The notes below the pieces were generated by a model, which did no database searches, had not been told where the DNA came from, and worked only from the letters and a program-made list of their open reading frames with translations. From a phage, in the sequence record PZ445439.1: 64,000 bases of DNA; one strand, written 5' to 3'. Each line of letters starts with the position of its first letter. Position 1 is the first letter of the stretch. This document shows positions 49,520 through 61,707 of this stretch, one piece after another. Both the position numbers and the translations under genes were made by a program.

Positions 49520-49705
49520 TTATTCACCTTTAGAAATTTTATCCATAACGATAGCAATTAAACCAATTAAAAATGCTACTACAAGTGAAAACACATTTTC
49601 TGCTGTAGTTAATAATCCGCATATAAATCCAACAAACATTGAAAAACTAAAAGCGGAAGCAGAAATTGCAATAGCAACATTTCGAATTAATTCACAACGT
49701 TTCAT
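49520..49705 (-). CDS. Small membrane protein
   Basis: 61 aa, two hydrophobic segments. Confidence 0.45.
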   Translation of the reverse strand: MKRCELIRNVAIAISASAFSFSMFVGFICGLLTTAENVFSLVVAFLIGLIAIVMDKISKGE

Positions 49706-49734
49706 TTTATTCTCCTCAGTAGTTGATAGGGTAA

Positions 49735-49763
49735 TAGTATCACTACCCTATCTAAAAGTAAAC
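49735..49763 (-). promoter_or_regulatory. Early promoter embedded in a 9 bp inverted repeat (GATAGGGTA...TACCCTATC)
   Basis: -35 GTTTAC, -10 GATACTAT; perfect palindrome arms at 49725..49752. Confidence 0.5.
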
Positions 49764-49997
49764 TCATTTTTTACGAAAAATTGATTTATTTTCTGCTGCC
49801 CATTTTTCAATAACTGCAGCCGGACCAGTAACAACAATTTTATCACCGTAATCTTCTGCGGCGAGTTGACCGAAATCATCTAATGCATCACGAAGAACTC
49901 CATGAGGCATTTCACCCATTTTATCTTTCTTGCCAGTGTAAATAAACTCAACTTTTACATCAGCAGTTTCAGCAATAAATTCTTGATACGTTTTCAT
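49764..49997 (-). CDS. Internal protein at the ipI locus (capsid-targeted; short variant)
   Basis: MKTYQEFIAE N-terminus; 77 aa from that ATG. Confidence 0.6.
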   Translation of the reverse strand: MKTYQEFIAETADVKVEFIYTGKKDKMGEMPHGVLRDALDDFGQLAAEDYGDKIVVTGPAAVIEKWAAENKSIFRKK

Positions 49998-50024
49998 TTT
50001 GTTCTCCAATTTCACATTTGTTTT

Positions 50025-50054
50025 GATAGGGTAATAGTATCACTACTAAAACCC
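50025..50054 (-). promoter_or_regulatory. Early promoter
   Basis: Near-duplicate of the 49735 promoter, upstream of the ipI-locus ORF. Confidence 0.5.
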
Positions 50055-50075
50055 CATGTAAACAACTTTGTGAAA

Positions 50076-50772
<697 letters not shown>

Positions 50773-50773
<1 letters not shown>

Positions 50774-51486
50774 TATAGTACCTTTAGTGTATTTTTAATT
50801 TTAGAAAAAAGTTCTTCAAGAGAACCATCGTTTGTAATTACTAAATCGCCATCACGAATTGGCAATCCAGCTTCTGTAATATGAGTATCATTGGATTTTT
50901 GACCAGGACGAACTACATGAATTACTGTAGCACCCATCGCCCTAGCCGCATCCATTTCATGATCTTGACGAGTATCAGGAACGATATAATAATCATAACC
51001 TGAGTTAAATTTATCAAGATAATCTAAAGCAAATAATTTTACCCAGTACATGCGGTCGAAGTTATTAACAATCAAATCCGTACCTAGGGCTTGCATCAGA
51101 CGACGGACTGACCATTGATCTTCAATATTATTTATAACGTCAGTAATTTTGTTAAATGCTACGAAATTAACTGCGTCATCAAAAACAAACACACCTTTAA
51201 TTGGGCTTTTACTATTAAGATAGCAAAATGCTTGTTCCATAATCGTAATTACTTCTAATTTAGTCAGATTTAAATTAGTTTCACGATCATAGTCAATTCC
51301 TTCAAACTCTTTACGAGTTAAGCAAGGATAGTCAGTGTTTGCTGCAAATACACCCCATGCATAAGCCAATGCATCCTTAATAGGACCAGCAAGTTGGTAT
51401 TTAACTGCAGAATAATTGCTCATGATAAAATCAGCAGTAGTATCTTTTCCACTGCGCTTTACACCGCTTAAAAAGATTAGTTTCAT
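50773..51486 (-). CDS. 1: Deoxynucleoside monophosphate kinase
   Basis: MKLIFLSGVKRSGKDT P-loop; start set at that ATG. Confidence 0.88.
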
Positions 51487-51535
51487 GTGTTTCTCCTCAA
51501 ATTTAATTAAGATTATAACACACAAAACTGAAGCA

Positions 51536-52066
51536 TTAAACTTCCGCTATAATTTTTCCATCTTTTTCTACTTGAAAATAGGTGTAAGGAATCGTTGCAG
51601 TACATACTAAAGCCGGGTCTGAATCTTCTGTGTAGCTAAATTCTACTTCAGACAAGTCAGAAACCCAAGGCTTATAAAAATTTATTGACATCACTATTTC
51701 AGTTTTGCTATTATCTAAGATGTAAAGCGTAATGTACTCAGGACCTGTTTTTTGGGCAGTATTTTCACCTGTAAGATAGTTGCTAGTTCCTAGCATCCAT
51801 TCATACATTCCTATCCACGACTTAAGTTCTTCATCAACTATAAATCTCACAATGAGTGGATCATACTCAAATGTAACACCTGGACGTTGTGCTCGGCCCA
51901 GTCCAAACGGCCCAGTCACGGTATCAGTAACAGGTATTCTAATTCCTGGAATAGGAACTGACTGAGCATTTAAAGTAAAAGCAGATGTAGTATTACTATG
52001 TGGTATTGATACTACAAAGTTAGTTGTATTTGCTTGGTTAAAAATTTGTTGCAGAGCTTGCGACAT
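51536..52066 (-). CDS. 3: Tail completion/sheath stabiliser gp3
   Basis: 176 aa from MSQALQQ; position between genes 1 and 2. Confidence 0.75.
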   Translation of the reverse strand: MSQALQQIFNQANTTNFVVSIPHSNTTSAFTLNAQSVPIPGIRIPVTDTVTGPFGLGRAQRPGVTFEYDPLIVRFIVDEELKSWIGMYEWMLGTSNYLTGENTAQKTGPEYITLYILDNSKTEIVMSINFYKPWVSDLSEVEFSYTEDSDPALVCTATIPYTYFQVEKDGKIIAEV

Positions 52067-52172
52067 ATATTCCTCATAATGCTTTATAACTGTTGGTGGT
52101 ATAATGGGTCTAAGTCCCTTCCATTCAATTCCATTTAGAACAAACAACAGAAAAGAATGGAAGATAATAGAA

Positions 52173-52997
52173 TTAGATATTTGACCAGACTTTGTTTGCA
52201 GAGAAACGTTTTCCTTTTGAAACGAACTGCTGAAGTGGCATCAACACAACGTTCGCCCAGTCTTTCGGGGCGATTTCAACAAGGCTACCCATAATATTAC
52301 CGGGTATATATGCCTTAATCATTTGGTCTGCACCCCTAAATCCTTTCACTTGACTCCAATCAATTTTTAATTTCGTTTTATTAGTAATAGTAGGTGTATT
52401 TGAATATTGCTTTAAAAGCTCTTCTAGAAATTGCTGACGAGCTTTAGGTGGAATATAGTGCAAGTTCAATCCGTACATTAAATTATGCTTACCTAAACCA
52501 AGGTAAATTATCAAAGGAAATTTATCCCAGTAAGGAAGAGTTTCCTTGTGTTTAGCATCATAAGCAAAAGCATATATTCGTCCCGGCTGCGGGCGAACAA
52601 CTTTATGTCCTTTTACTTGCTTAATAGTTTCAGCAAACCACTTTCTGGTTTTATTATTAATTGCTGCACCTTCATTACGAATTTTATCGCGCAATGTTTG
52701 TCTGAATGAATTTATCATAAGCAGTTGTCTTTCTTGCTTATTGAGCTTATTCATTGGTTTTGATTCAAGCTTTTGAATCTTTTCAGCTGTTTTAATTCCT
52801 GAAGCATATTTTGACATTGCCGAAGTAAACGTAGAGTATTTGATTCCTCTTTCTTCAGCAAATTGCTTTCCTGTCATTCCTTTTGCTTTGGCCTTTTTGT
52901 ATTCAAGACCTATTTGAATCCATTTCTTTTCGTTTAATGATTGCTTAACCTTTGGAACTTGGGGAGTGCTTTCATTAATTATTTGAAAAATAGCCAT
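52173..52997 (-). CDS. 2: DNA end protector gp2
   Basis: 274 aa; position and length. Confidence 0.8.
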   Translation of the reverse strand: MAIFQIINESTPQVPKVKQSLNEKKWIQIGLEYKKAKAKGMTGKQFAEERGIKYSTFTSAMSKYASGIKTAEKIQKLESKPMNKLNKQERQLLMINSFRQTLRDKIRNEGAAINNKTRKWFAETIKQVKGHKVVRPQPGRIYAFAYDAKHKETLPYWDKFPLIIYLGLGKHNLMYGLNLHYIPPKARQQFLEELLKQYSNTPTITNKTKLKIDWSQVKGFRGADQMIKAYIPGNIMGSLVEIAPKDWANVVLMPLQQFVSKGKRFSANKVWSNI

Positions 52998-53449
52998 TAT
53001 GCCCCCTTAAAGCCAAGAGCTCGTAATCCATCTTCTGTTAGAATTCTAAATTTTATTCCACGCTTTTCAGCTAAAGCTTGCGCTGCTTTCCATTTGTCGG
53101 TATTAACAGAATATGTATAAATTTCATTCATAAATCTTTTCTTCGCTGCGGTTGTTAGATGTGCTGGTTTAACCGGTGGTTGTGTTTCTTTTTTAGGTTT
53201 TATTTCAATAAAAAATTCTTGCCCAGAAGAATCTTTCATCCAAATATCCATGAAGTATCTACGTTTTTTCCCTTCTGCATTACAAAAATAAGGAATTACT
53301 GCTGTTTCACTACCCCATGCAATAATTTCTGGATTTTTATCTAACCATTCAAAAAAGAATTTTTCCCAATTTGATCTATACGTAATTTTTTTAGGGTCAC
53401 CTCTATACTTTGATATATTTTTAGGAACCCATTTTCCAGAATATGCCAT
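52997..53449 (-). CDS. 4: Head completion protein gp4
   Basis: 150 aa; stop/start overlap with gene 2. Confidence 0.8.
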   Translation of the reverse strand: MAYSGKWVPKNISKYRGDPKKITYRSNWEKFFFEWLDKNPEIIAWGSETAVIPYFCNAEGKKRRYFMDIWMKDSSGQEFFIEIKPKKETQPPVKPAHLTTAAKKRFMNEIYTYSVNTDKWKAAQALAEKRGIKFRILTEDGLRALGFKGA

Positions 53450-53460
53450 TGGATTCTCCT

Positions 53461-53468
53461 TATAAATA
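53461..53468 (+). promoter_or_regulatory. Late promoter TATAAATA for gene 53
   Basis: Exact TATAAATA 29 nt upstream of gene 53 ATG. Confidence 0.7.
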
Positions 53469-53475
53469 GATAATA

Positions 53476-53483
53476 TATTTATA
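53476..53483 (-). promoter_or_regulatory. Late promoter TATAAATA for gene 4
   Basis: Exact TATAAATA on minus strand about 27 nt upstream of gene 4 ATG. Confidence 0.65.
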
Positions 53484-53496
53484 AACAGGAGGGCCC

Positions 53497-54087
53497 ATGC
53501 TCTTTACATTTTTTGATCCGATTGAATATGCGGCCAAAACGGTGAATAAAAACGCGCCGACTATTCCTATGACAGATATTTTTAGAAACTATAAAGACTA
53601 TTTTAAACGCGCTCTTGCGGGATACCGCTTACGTACTTATTATATTAAAGGTTCACCACGCCCGGAAGAATTAGCAAATACTATATATGGAAATCCACAG
53701 CTGTATTGGGTTTTATTGATGTGTAATGATAATTATGATCCGTATTATGGATGGATTACTTCACAAGAAGCAGCTTATCAAGCATCTATACAAAAATACA
53801 AAAATGTGGGTGGAGACCAAATAGTATATCATGTGAATGAGAACGGTGAAAAATTTTATAATTTAATATCATACGATGATAATCCATATGTTTGGTATGA
53901 CAAAGGCGATAAAGCTAGAAAATATCCTCAATATGAAGGAGCACTTGCTGCGGTCGATACGTATGAAGCTGCTGTTCTTGAAAATGAAAAACTTCGTCAA
54001 ATAAAAATAATAGCAAAATCAGACATTAATTCATTTATGAACGACCTTATACGTATAATGGAGAAATCTTATGGAAATGATAAGTAA
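53497..54087 (+). CDS. 53: Baseplate wedge protein gp53
   Basis: 196 aa; first gene of the plus-strand late operon. Confidence 0.88.
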   Translation: MLFTFFDPIEYAAKTVNKNAPTIPMTDIFRNYKDYFKRALAGYRLRTYYIKGSPRPEELANTIYGNPQLYWVLLMCNDNYDPYYGWITSQEAAYQASIQKYKNVGGDQIVYHVNENGEKFYNLISYDDNPYVWYDKGDKARKYPQYEGALAAVDTYEAAVLENEKLRQIKIIAKSDINSFMNDLIRIMEKSYGNDK

Positions 54088-55798
54088 TAACCTTAATTGG
54101 TTTGTTGGTGTTGTTGAAGATAGAATGGACCCATTAAAATTAGGTCGTGTTCGTGTTCGTGTGGTTGGTCTGCATCCACCTCAAAGAGCACAAGGTGATG
54201 TAATGGGTATTCCAACTGAAAAATTACCATGGATGTCAGTTATTCAACCTATAACTTCTGCAGCGATGTCAGGAATTGGAGGTTCTGTTACAGGGCCAGT
54301 AGAAGGAACTAGAGTTTATGGTCATTTTTTAGACAAATGGAAAACTAACGGAATTGTCCTTGGCACATATGGTGGAATAGTTCGCGAAAAACCGAATAGA
54401 CTTGAAGGATTTTCTGACCCAACTGGGCAGTATCCTAGACGTTTAGGAAATGATACGAACGTATTAAACCAAGGCGGAGAAGTAGGATATGATTCGTCTT
54501 CTAACATTATCCAAGATAGTAACTTAGACACCGCAATAAATCCCGATGATAGACCACTATCAGAGATTCCAACCGATGATAATCCAAATATGTCAATGGC
54601 TGAAATGCTTCGCCGTGATGAAGGATTAAGATTAAAAGTTTATTGGGATACCGAAGGATATCCGACAATTGGTATTGGTCATCTTATCATGAAGCAGCCA
54701 GTTCGTGATATGGCTCAAATTAATAAAGTTTTATCAAAACAAGTTGGTCGTGAAATTACTGGAAACCCAGGTTCTATTACAATGGAAGAGGCGACAGCTT
54801 TATTTGAGCGTGATTTGGCTGATATGCAACGGGACATTAAATCACATTCTAAAGTTGGCCCAGTTTGGCAGGCAGTTAATCGTTCTCGTCAAATGGCGTT
54901 AGAAAATATGGCATTTCAGATGGGTGTTGGCGGTGTAGCTAAATTTAACACAATGTTAACTGCTATGTTAGCCGGAGATTGGGAAAAAGCATATAAAGCT
55001 GGTCGTGATTCATTGTGGTATCAACAAACAAAAGGCCGTGCATCCCGTGTTACCATGATTATTCTTACGGGAAATTTGGAATCATATGGTGTTGAAGTGA
55101 AAACCCCAGCTAGGTCTCTATCAGCAATGGCTGCTACTGTAGCTAAATCTTCTGACCCTGCTGATCCTCCTATTCCAAATGACTCGAGAATTTTATTCAA
55201 AGAACCAGTTTCTTCATATAAAGGTGAATATCCTTATGTGCATACAATGGAAACTGAAAGTGGACATATCCAAGAATTTGATGATACCCCTGGGCAAGAA
55301 CGATACAGATTAGTTCATCCAACTGGAACTTATGAAGAAGTATCACCGTCAGGAAGAAGAACAAGAAAAACTGTTGATAATTTGTATGATATAACCAACG
55401 CTGATGGTAATTTTTTGGTAGCCGGTGATAAAAAGACTAACGTCGGTGGATCAGAAATTTATTACAACATGGATAATCGTCTTCACCAAATAGATGGAAG
55501 CAATACGATATTTGTTCGAGGCGATGAAACTAAGACGGTTGAAGGTAATGGAACTATCCTAGTTAAAGGTAATGTTACTATTGTAGTTGAAGGTAATGCT
55601 GACATTACAGTTAAAGGAGATGCTACCACTTTAGTTGAAGGAAATCAGACTAATACAGTAAATGGAAATCTTTCTTGGAAAGTTGCTGGGACAGTTGATT
55701 GGGACGTTGGTGGTGATTGGACAGAAAAAATGGCATCTATGAGTTCTATTTCATCTGGTCAATACACAATTGATGGATCGAGGATTGACATTGGCTAA
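54071..55798 (+). CDS. 5: Baseplate hub and tail lysozyme gp5
   Basis: 575 aa; lysozyme domain MAEMLRRDEGLRLKVYWDTEGYPTIGIGHLI; C-terminal VEGN repeats. Confidence 0.95.
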   Translation: MEMISNNLNWFVGVVEDRMDPLKLGRVRVRVVGLHPPQRAQGDVMGIPTEKLPWMSVIQPITSAAMSGIGGSVTGPVEGTRVYGHFLDKWKTNGIVLGTYGGIVREKPNRLEGFSDPTGQYPRRLGNDTNVLNQGGEVGYDSSSNIIQDSNLDTAINPDDRPLSEIPTDDNPNMSMAEMLRRDEGLRLKVYWDTEGYPTIGIGHLIMKQPVRDMAQINKVLSKQVGREITGNPGSITMEEATALFERDLADMQRDIKSHSKVGPVWQAVNRSRQMALENMAFQMGVGGVAKFNTMLTAMLAGDWEKAYKAGRDSLWYQQTKGRASRVTMIILTGNLESYGVEVKTPARSLSAMAATVAKSSDPADPPIPNDSRILFKEPVSSYKGEYPYVHTMETESGHIQEFDDTPGQERYRLVHPTGTYEEVSPSGRRTRKTVDNLYDITNADGNFLVAGDKKTNVGGSEIYYNMDNRLHQIDGSNTIFVRGDETKTVEGNGTILVKGNVTIVVEGNADITVKGDATTLVEGNQTNTVNGNLSWKVAGTVDWDVGGDWTEKMASMSSISSGQYTIDGSRIDIG

Positions 55799-56327
55799 TA
55801 TACTTCCAATGAGCGCTGATTTAGGAGAATCCATGGAAGGTTCTTCTATCGACGTCACCTTTACCGCTCAATTAGAAACAGGTGAAACGTTAGTATCTAT
55901 AAATATAACTAGTTACGAAGAAACTCCTGGGGTTTTAGTAGAAGAAAATCGCTTATATGGAACATATGAATCTGTGTTTGGATTTGGAAATGACGCGTTG
56001 AAATATCGTTTAGGCGATGAATTTAAAACTGCTGCTTCATGGGAAGAACTTCCTACTGATTCTGACACTCAGTTGTATTTGTGGAAAGCTCCTCAGAATC
56101 TCCAGAAGACATTCACTTACGAAGTAACATTAATATATGACTACCAAGAACAAAGTGAATCTGGAGGTTCTGGTAGTAATTCTAGGTCATCTTCTGATAC
56201 TACTGAACCAACAGATCCTCCTGCTCCAGTAAGAAAAACTCTCGTTAAAAATTATACTAAAACTATAGTTGGAAATTGGAGTCGTTGGGCTAATAAATTG
56301 AGAAGCTATGTATATGAGAGGCCATAA
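55770..56327 (+). CDS. Hypothetical protein 5.1
   Basis: 185 aa ORF between genes 5 and 5.4. Confidence 0.6.
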
Positions 56328-56621
56328 ATGTCAGGATTAAGTTATGATAAGTGTGTTACTGCTGGCCATGAAGCGTGGCCTCCAACAGTTGTGAATGCTA
56401 CACAAAGTAAAGTATTCACTGGAGGAATTGCTGTTCTAGTAGCAGGCGATCCAATTACAGAACATACAGAAATTAAAAAGCCATATGAAACACATGGCGG
56501 AGTGACACAACCTCGAACTTCTAAGGTATATGTCACTGGAAAGAAAGCTGTTCAAATGGCTGATCCAATATCATGCGGTGATACTGTGGCTCAGGCATCA
56601 TCTAAAGTATTCATTAAATAG
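56328..56621 (+). CDS. 5.4: PAAR-repeat spike tip protein
   Basis: 97 aa. Confidence 0.8.
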
Positions 56622-56629
56622 GATTTAAA

Positions 56630-58612
56630 ATGGCAAATACCCCTGTAAATTATCAATTAACAAGAACAGCAAATGCTATTCCCGAGATATTCGTCGGGGG
56701 TACGTTTGCTGAAATAAAACAAAACCTCATTGAATGGCTTAATGGCCAAAATGAATTTTTGGATTATGATTTTGAAGGCTCAAGATTAAACGTTCTGTGT
56801 GACCTTTTAGCTTATAATACATTATACATTCAGCAGTTTGGTAATGCTGCTGTGTATGAAAGCTTTATGCGTACTGCTAACTTACGAAGTTCAGTTGTTC
56901 AAGCTGCGCAAGATAACGGATATTTACCTACTTCAAAATCCGCTGCGCAGACCGAAATTATGTTAACATGCACAGATGCATTGAATAGAAATTACATTAC
57001 TATTCCTCGCGGTACTCGCTTTTTAGCATATGCAAAGGATACTTCTGTTAATCCTTATAACTTTGTATCTACCGAAGATGTTATTGCTATTCGTGATAAA
57101 AATAACCAATATTTTCCACGTTTAAAATTGGCCCAGGGACGTATAGTAAGAACTGAAATCATTTATGATAAATTAACACCTATTATCATTTATGATAAAA
57201 ATATTGATAGAAACCAGGTTAAATTATATGTTGATGGAGCGGAATGGATTAACTGGACAAGAAAGTCAATGGTTCATGCTGGTTCAACATCAACGATTTA
57301 TTATATGCGTGAAACTATTGATGGAAACACTGAATTCTATTTTGGTGAAGGTGAAATTTCTGTTAATGCTTCTGAAGGAGCTTTGACCGCTAATTATATC
57401 GGAGGTCTTAAACCTACTCAGAACTCTACGATTGTTATTGAGTACATTAGTACTAATGGTGCTGACGCGAACGGAGCAGTCGGATTTTCATACGCAGATA
57501 CATTAACAAATATAACTGTCATCAATATTAATGAAAATCCAAACGATGACCCAGATTTTGTTGGGGCAGATGGCGGCGGTGATCCAGAAGATATTGAGCG
57601 TATTCGCGAATTGGGTACTATTAAACGCGAAACCCAACAACGATGCGTAACTGCGACTGACTATGATACATTCGTTTCAGAGAGATTTGGTTCTATTATT
57701 CAAGCAGTTCAAACTTTCACTGATTCTACTAAACCTGGTTATGCATTTATTGCTGCTAAACCTAAATCAGGTCTGTATTTAACTACCGTACAGCGTGAAG
57801 ATATTAAAAATTATCTCAAAGATTATAATTTAGCACCTATTACGCCATCAATTATTTCTCCTAATTATCTTTTCATTAAGACTAATTTAAAAGTCACATA
57901 TGCTTTAAATAAACTGCAAGAATCCGAGCAGTGGCTCGAAGGTCAAATAATTGATAAAATTGATCGTTATTATACCGAAGATGTAGAAATTTTTAACTCG
58001 TCTTTTGCCAAGTCTAAGATGTTGACATATGTAGATGATGCAGATCATTCTATCATTGGTTCATCAGCGACAATTCAAATTGTTCGTGAAGTACAAAACT
58101 TCTATAAAACGCCTGAAGCAGGTATTAAATACAATAATCAAATAAAAGATCGTTCTATGGAATCTAATACGTTTTCATTTAATTCTGGACGAAAGGTTGT
58201 AAATCCTGATACTGGTTTAGAAGAAGATGTATTATATGACGTTCGTATAGTATCAACAGACCGAGATTCTAAAGGAATTGGTAAAGTTATTATTGGTCCA
58301 TTTGCTTCTGGCGATGTTACAGAAAATGAAAACATTCAGCCGTATACAGGAAACGATTTTAACAAATTAGCAAATTCTGATGGACGCGACAAATACTATG
58401 TTATCGGTGAAATAAATTATCCAGCTGACATGATTTATTGGAATATCGCTAAAATTAATTTAACATCTGAAAAATTTGAAGTTCAGACTATTGAATTATA
58501 TTCTGACCCAACCGATGATGTTATCTTTACTCGTGATGGTTCACTGATTGTATTTGAAAATGACTTACGTCCACAATACTTAACTATCGATTTGGAGCCT
58601 ATATCACAATGA
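56630..58612 (+). CDS. 6: Baseplate wedge protein gp6
   Basis: 660 aa. Confidence 0.92.
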   Translation: MANTPVNYQLTRTANAIPEIFVGGTFAEIKQNLIEWLNGQNEFLDYDFEGSRLNVLCDLLAYNTLYIQQFGNAAVYESFMRTANLRSSVVQAAQDNGYLPTSKSAAQTEIMLTCTDALNRNYITIPRGTRFLAYAKDTSVNPYNFVSTEDVIAIRDKNNQYFPRLKLAQGRIVRTEIIYDKLTPIIIYDKNIDRNQVKLYVDGAEWINWTRKSMVHAGSTSTIYYMRETIDGNTEFYFGEGEISVNASEGALTANYIGGLKPTQNSTIVIEYISTNGADANGAVGFSYADTLTNITVININENPNDDPDFVGADGGGDPEDIERIRELGTIKRETQQRCVTATDYDTFVSERFGSIIQAVQTFTDSTKPGYAFIAAKPKSGLYLTTVQREDIKNYLKDYNLAPITPSIISPNYLFIKTNLKVTYALNKLQESEQWLEGQIIDKIDRYYTEDVEIFNSSFAKSKMLTYVDDADHSIIGSSATIQIVREVQNFYKTPEAGIKYNNQIKDRSMESNTFSFNSGRKVVNPDTGLEEDVLYDVRIVSTDRDSKGIGKVIIGPFASGDVTENENIQPYTGNDFNKLANSDGRDKYYVIGEINYPADMIYWNIAKINLTSEKFEVQTIELYSDPTDDVIFTRDGSLIVFENDLRPQYLTIDLEPISQ

Positions 58613-61600
58613 CAGTAAAAGCACCTTCAGTCACTAGTCTCAGAATTTCCAAGTTATCCGCAAATCAGGTGCAAGTACGCTGGGATGACGTTGGTGCTAA
58701 TTTCTACTATTTTGTAGAAATCGCTGAGACAAAAACAAACTCGGGGGAAAATCTCCCGAGTAATCAATACAGATGGATTAACTTAGGATATACTGCAAAT
58801 AACAGCTTCTTTTTTGATGATGCTGATCCATTGACATCATACATTATCAGAGTAGCTACAGCTGCGCAAGATTTTGAGCAGTCTGATTGGATTTATACCG
58901 AAGAGTTTGAAACTTTTGCTACAAATGCTTATACATTTCAAAACATGATTGAAATGCAATTAGCCAATAAATTCATTCAGGAAAAATTTACTCTTAATAA
59001 TTCTGATTATGTTAATTTTAATAATGACACTATAATGGCTGCATTGATGAATGAATCATTTCAATTCAGCCCATCGTATGTTGATGTTTCATCAATAAGT
59101 AATTTTATTATTGGTGAAAATGAGTATCATGAAATACAAGGTTCTATTCAGCAAGTATGTAAGGATATTAACCGAGTTTATTTGATGGAATCAGAAGGAA
59201 TTCTATATCTTTTTGAGCGCTATCAACCTGTAGTTAAAGTATCCAATGATAAAGGACAAACTTGGAAAGCTGTAAAGCTCTTCAATGACCGTGTAGGATA
59301 TCCTTTATCTAAGACAGTATATTACCAATCTGCGAACACAACATACGTTCTAGGATACGACAAGATTTTCTATGGCCGCAAATCTACTGATGTTAGATGG
59401 TCAGCCGATGATGTCAGATTTAGTTCTCAGGATATAACATTTGCTAAACTTGGCGACCAGTTACATTTAGGATTTGATGTAGAAATTTTTGCCACTTACG
59501 CGACTTTGCCAGCGAATGTATACCGCATTGCAGAAGCTATTACTTGCACCGATGATTACATTTACGTTGTCGCCAGAGACAAAGTTAGATACATAAAAAC
59601 GAGTAATGCACCTATAGATTCTGATCCATTATCTCCAACATATTCGGAAAGACTTTTTGAACCTGATACCATGACTATAACCGGAAATCCTAAAGCAGTA
59701 TGTTATAAAATGGATTCTATCGGTGATAAAGTTTTTGCTCTTATTATTGGTGAAGTTGAAACATTAAATGCTAATCCTAGAACATCAAAAATAATTGATT
59801 CCGCTGATAAAGGAATATATGTTTTAAATCATGACGAAAAAACATGGAAAAGAGTTTTTGGTAATACCGAAGAAGAAAGAAGACGTATTCAACCCGGATA
59901 TGCGAATATGTCAACTGACGGTAAATTAGTTTCTCTGTCTTCGAGTAATTTTAAATTTTTAAGTGATAACGTTGTTAATGACCCTGAAACTGCGGCAAAA
60001 TACCAGTTAATTGGCGCTGTTAAATATGAATTTCCTCGCGAATGGTTAGCTGATAAACATTATCATATGATGGCGTTTATAGCGGATGAAAAATCTGACT
60101 GGGAGACTTTTACTCCTCAACCAATGAAATACTACGCAGAACCATTCTTTAACTGGTCTAAAAAATCTAACACGCGTTGTTGGATAAACAACTCCGATAG
60201 AGCTGTAGTAGTTTATGCGGATTTAAAATACACTAAAGTTATAGAAAATATTCCTGAAACATCACCAGATAGATTAGTGCATGAATACTGGGATGATGGC
60301 GATTGCACTATAGTAATGCCAAATGTTAAATTCACTGGATTTAAAAAATATGCATCTGGGATGCTTTTCTATAAAGCCTCTGGTGAAATAATTTCTTATT
60401 ATGATTTTAACTATCGTGTGAGAGATACAGTAGAAATTATTTGGAAGCCAACCGGGGTATTTTTAAAAGCGTTTTTACAAAACCAAGAGCATGAAACTCC
60501 TTGGTCACCGGAAGAAGAGCATGGATTAGCTGACCCTGATTTAAGACCATTAATTGGCACAATGATGCCTGATTCTTATTTGTTACAGGATTCGAATTTT
60601 GAGGCATTTTGCGAAGCATATATTCAATATCTTTCTGATGGATACGGAACTCAGTATAATAATTTGCGAAATTTAATTCGTAATCAGTATCCACGAGAAG
60701 AGCATGCATGGGAATATTTGTGGTCAGAGATATATAAAAGAAACATTTATTTAAATGCTGACAAACGCGATGCTGTCGCAAGATTCTTTGAATCACGTAG
60801 CTATGATTTTTATTCTACTAAAGGAATTGAAGCATCATACAAATTTCTTTTTAAAGTTCTTTATAATGAAGAAGTTGAAATTGAAATTGAATCTGGGGCT
60901 GGTACTGAATATGACATAATCGTTCAATCTGATTCTTTGACTGAAGATTTAGTAGGACAAACGATTTATACGGCAACAGGAAGATGTAATGTTACTTATA
61001 TAGAAAGAAGCTATTCTAATGGTAAATTGCAATGGACCGTGACTATACATAATCTTTTGGGGCGTTTAATAGCAGGGCAAGAAGTTAAAGCAGAAAGACT
61101 CCCTAGTTTTGAAGGCGAAATTATTCGTGGGGTTAAAGGAAAGGATTTGCTTCAAAATAATATAGACTATATTAATAGAAGTCGATCATATTATGTAATG
61201 AAAATTAAATCCAATTTACCTTCTTCTCGTTGGAAATCTGACGTTATTCGTTTTGTTCATCCAGTAGGATTTGGATTTATAGCAATTACTCTTTTAACTA
61301 TGTTTATTAATGTTGGTTTAACTCTTAAACATACAGAGACTATAATTAATAAATACAAAAACTATAAATGGGATTCTGGATTGCCTACTGAATATGCTGA
61401 TAGAATAGCTAAATTAACTCCAACTGGTGAAATTGAGCATGATTCAGTAACAGGCGAAGCAATTTATGAGCCTGGCCCAATGGCTGGTGTAGAATATCCT
61501 CTTCCTGATGACTATAATGCTGAAAATAACAATTCAATATTTCAAGGTCAATTGCCGTCTGAACGACGTAAATTAATGAGTCCTCTATTTGACGCATCTG

Positions 61601-61707
61601 GAACAACATTTGCACAATTTAGAGATTTAGTTAATAAACGTCTAAAAGACAATATAGGAAATCCAAGAGACCCTGAAAATCCAACACAGGTTAAAATAGA
61701 TGAATGA
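58609..61707 (+). CDS. 7: Baseplate wedge protein gp7
   Basis: 1032 aa. Confidence 0.92.
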   Translation: MTVKAPSVTSLRISKLSANQVQVRWDDVGANFYYFVEIAETKTNSGENLPSNQYRWINLGYTANNSFFFDDADPLTSYIIRVATAAQDFEQSDWIYTEEFETFATNAYTFQNMIEMQLANKFIQEKFTLNNSDYVNFNNDTIMAALMNESFQFSPSYVDVSSISNFIIGENEYHEIQGSIQQVCKDINRVYLMESEGILYLFERYQPVVKVSNDKGQTWKAVKLFNDRVGYPLSKTVYYQSANTTYVLGYDKIFYGRKSTDVRWSADDVRFSSQDITFAKLGDQLHLGFDVEIFATYATLPANVYRIAEAITCTDDYIYVVARDKVRYIKTSNAPIDSDPLSPTYSERLFEPDTMTITGNPKAVCYKMDSIGDKVFALIIGEVETLNANPRTSKIIDSADKGIYVLNHDEKTWKRVFGNTEEERRRIQPGYANMSTDGKLVSLSSSNFKFLSDNVVNDPETAAKYQLIGAVKYEFPREWLADKHYHMMAFIADEKSDWETFTPQPMKYYAEPFFNWSKKSNTRCWINNSDRAVVVYADLKYTKVIENIPETSPDRLVHEYWDDGDCTIVMPNVKFTGFKKYASGMLFYKASGEIISYYDFNYRVRDTVEIIWKPTGVFLKAFLQNQEHETPWSPEEEHGLADPDLRPLIGTMMPDSYLLQDSNFEAFCEAYIQYLSDGYGTQYNNLRNLIRNQYPREEHAWEYLWSEIYKRNIYLNADKRDAVARFFESRSYDFYSTKGIEASYKFLFKVLYNEEVEIEIESGAGTEYDIIVQSDSLTEDLVGQTIYTATGRCNVTYIERSYSNGKLQWTVTIHNLLGRLIAGQEVKAERLPSFEGEIIRGVKGKDLLQNNIDYINRSRSYYVMKIKSNLPSSRWKSDVIRFVHPVGFGFIAITLLTMFINVGLTLKHTETIINKYKNYKWDSGLPTEYADRIAKLTPTGEIEHDSVTGEAIYEPGPMAGVEYPLPDDYNAENNNSIFQGQLPSERRKLMSPLFDASGTTFAQFRDLVNKRLKDNIGNPRDPENPTQVKIDE

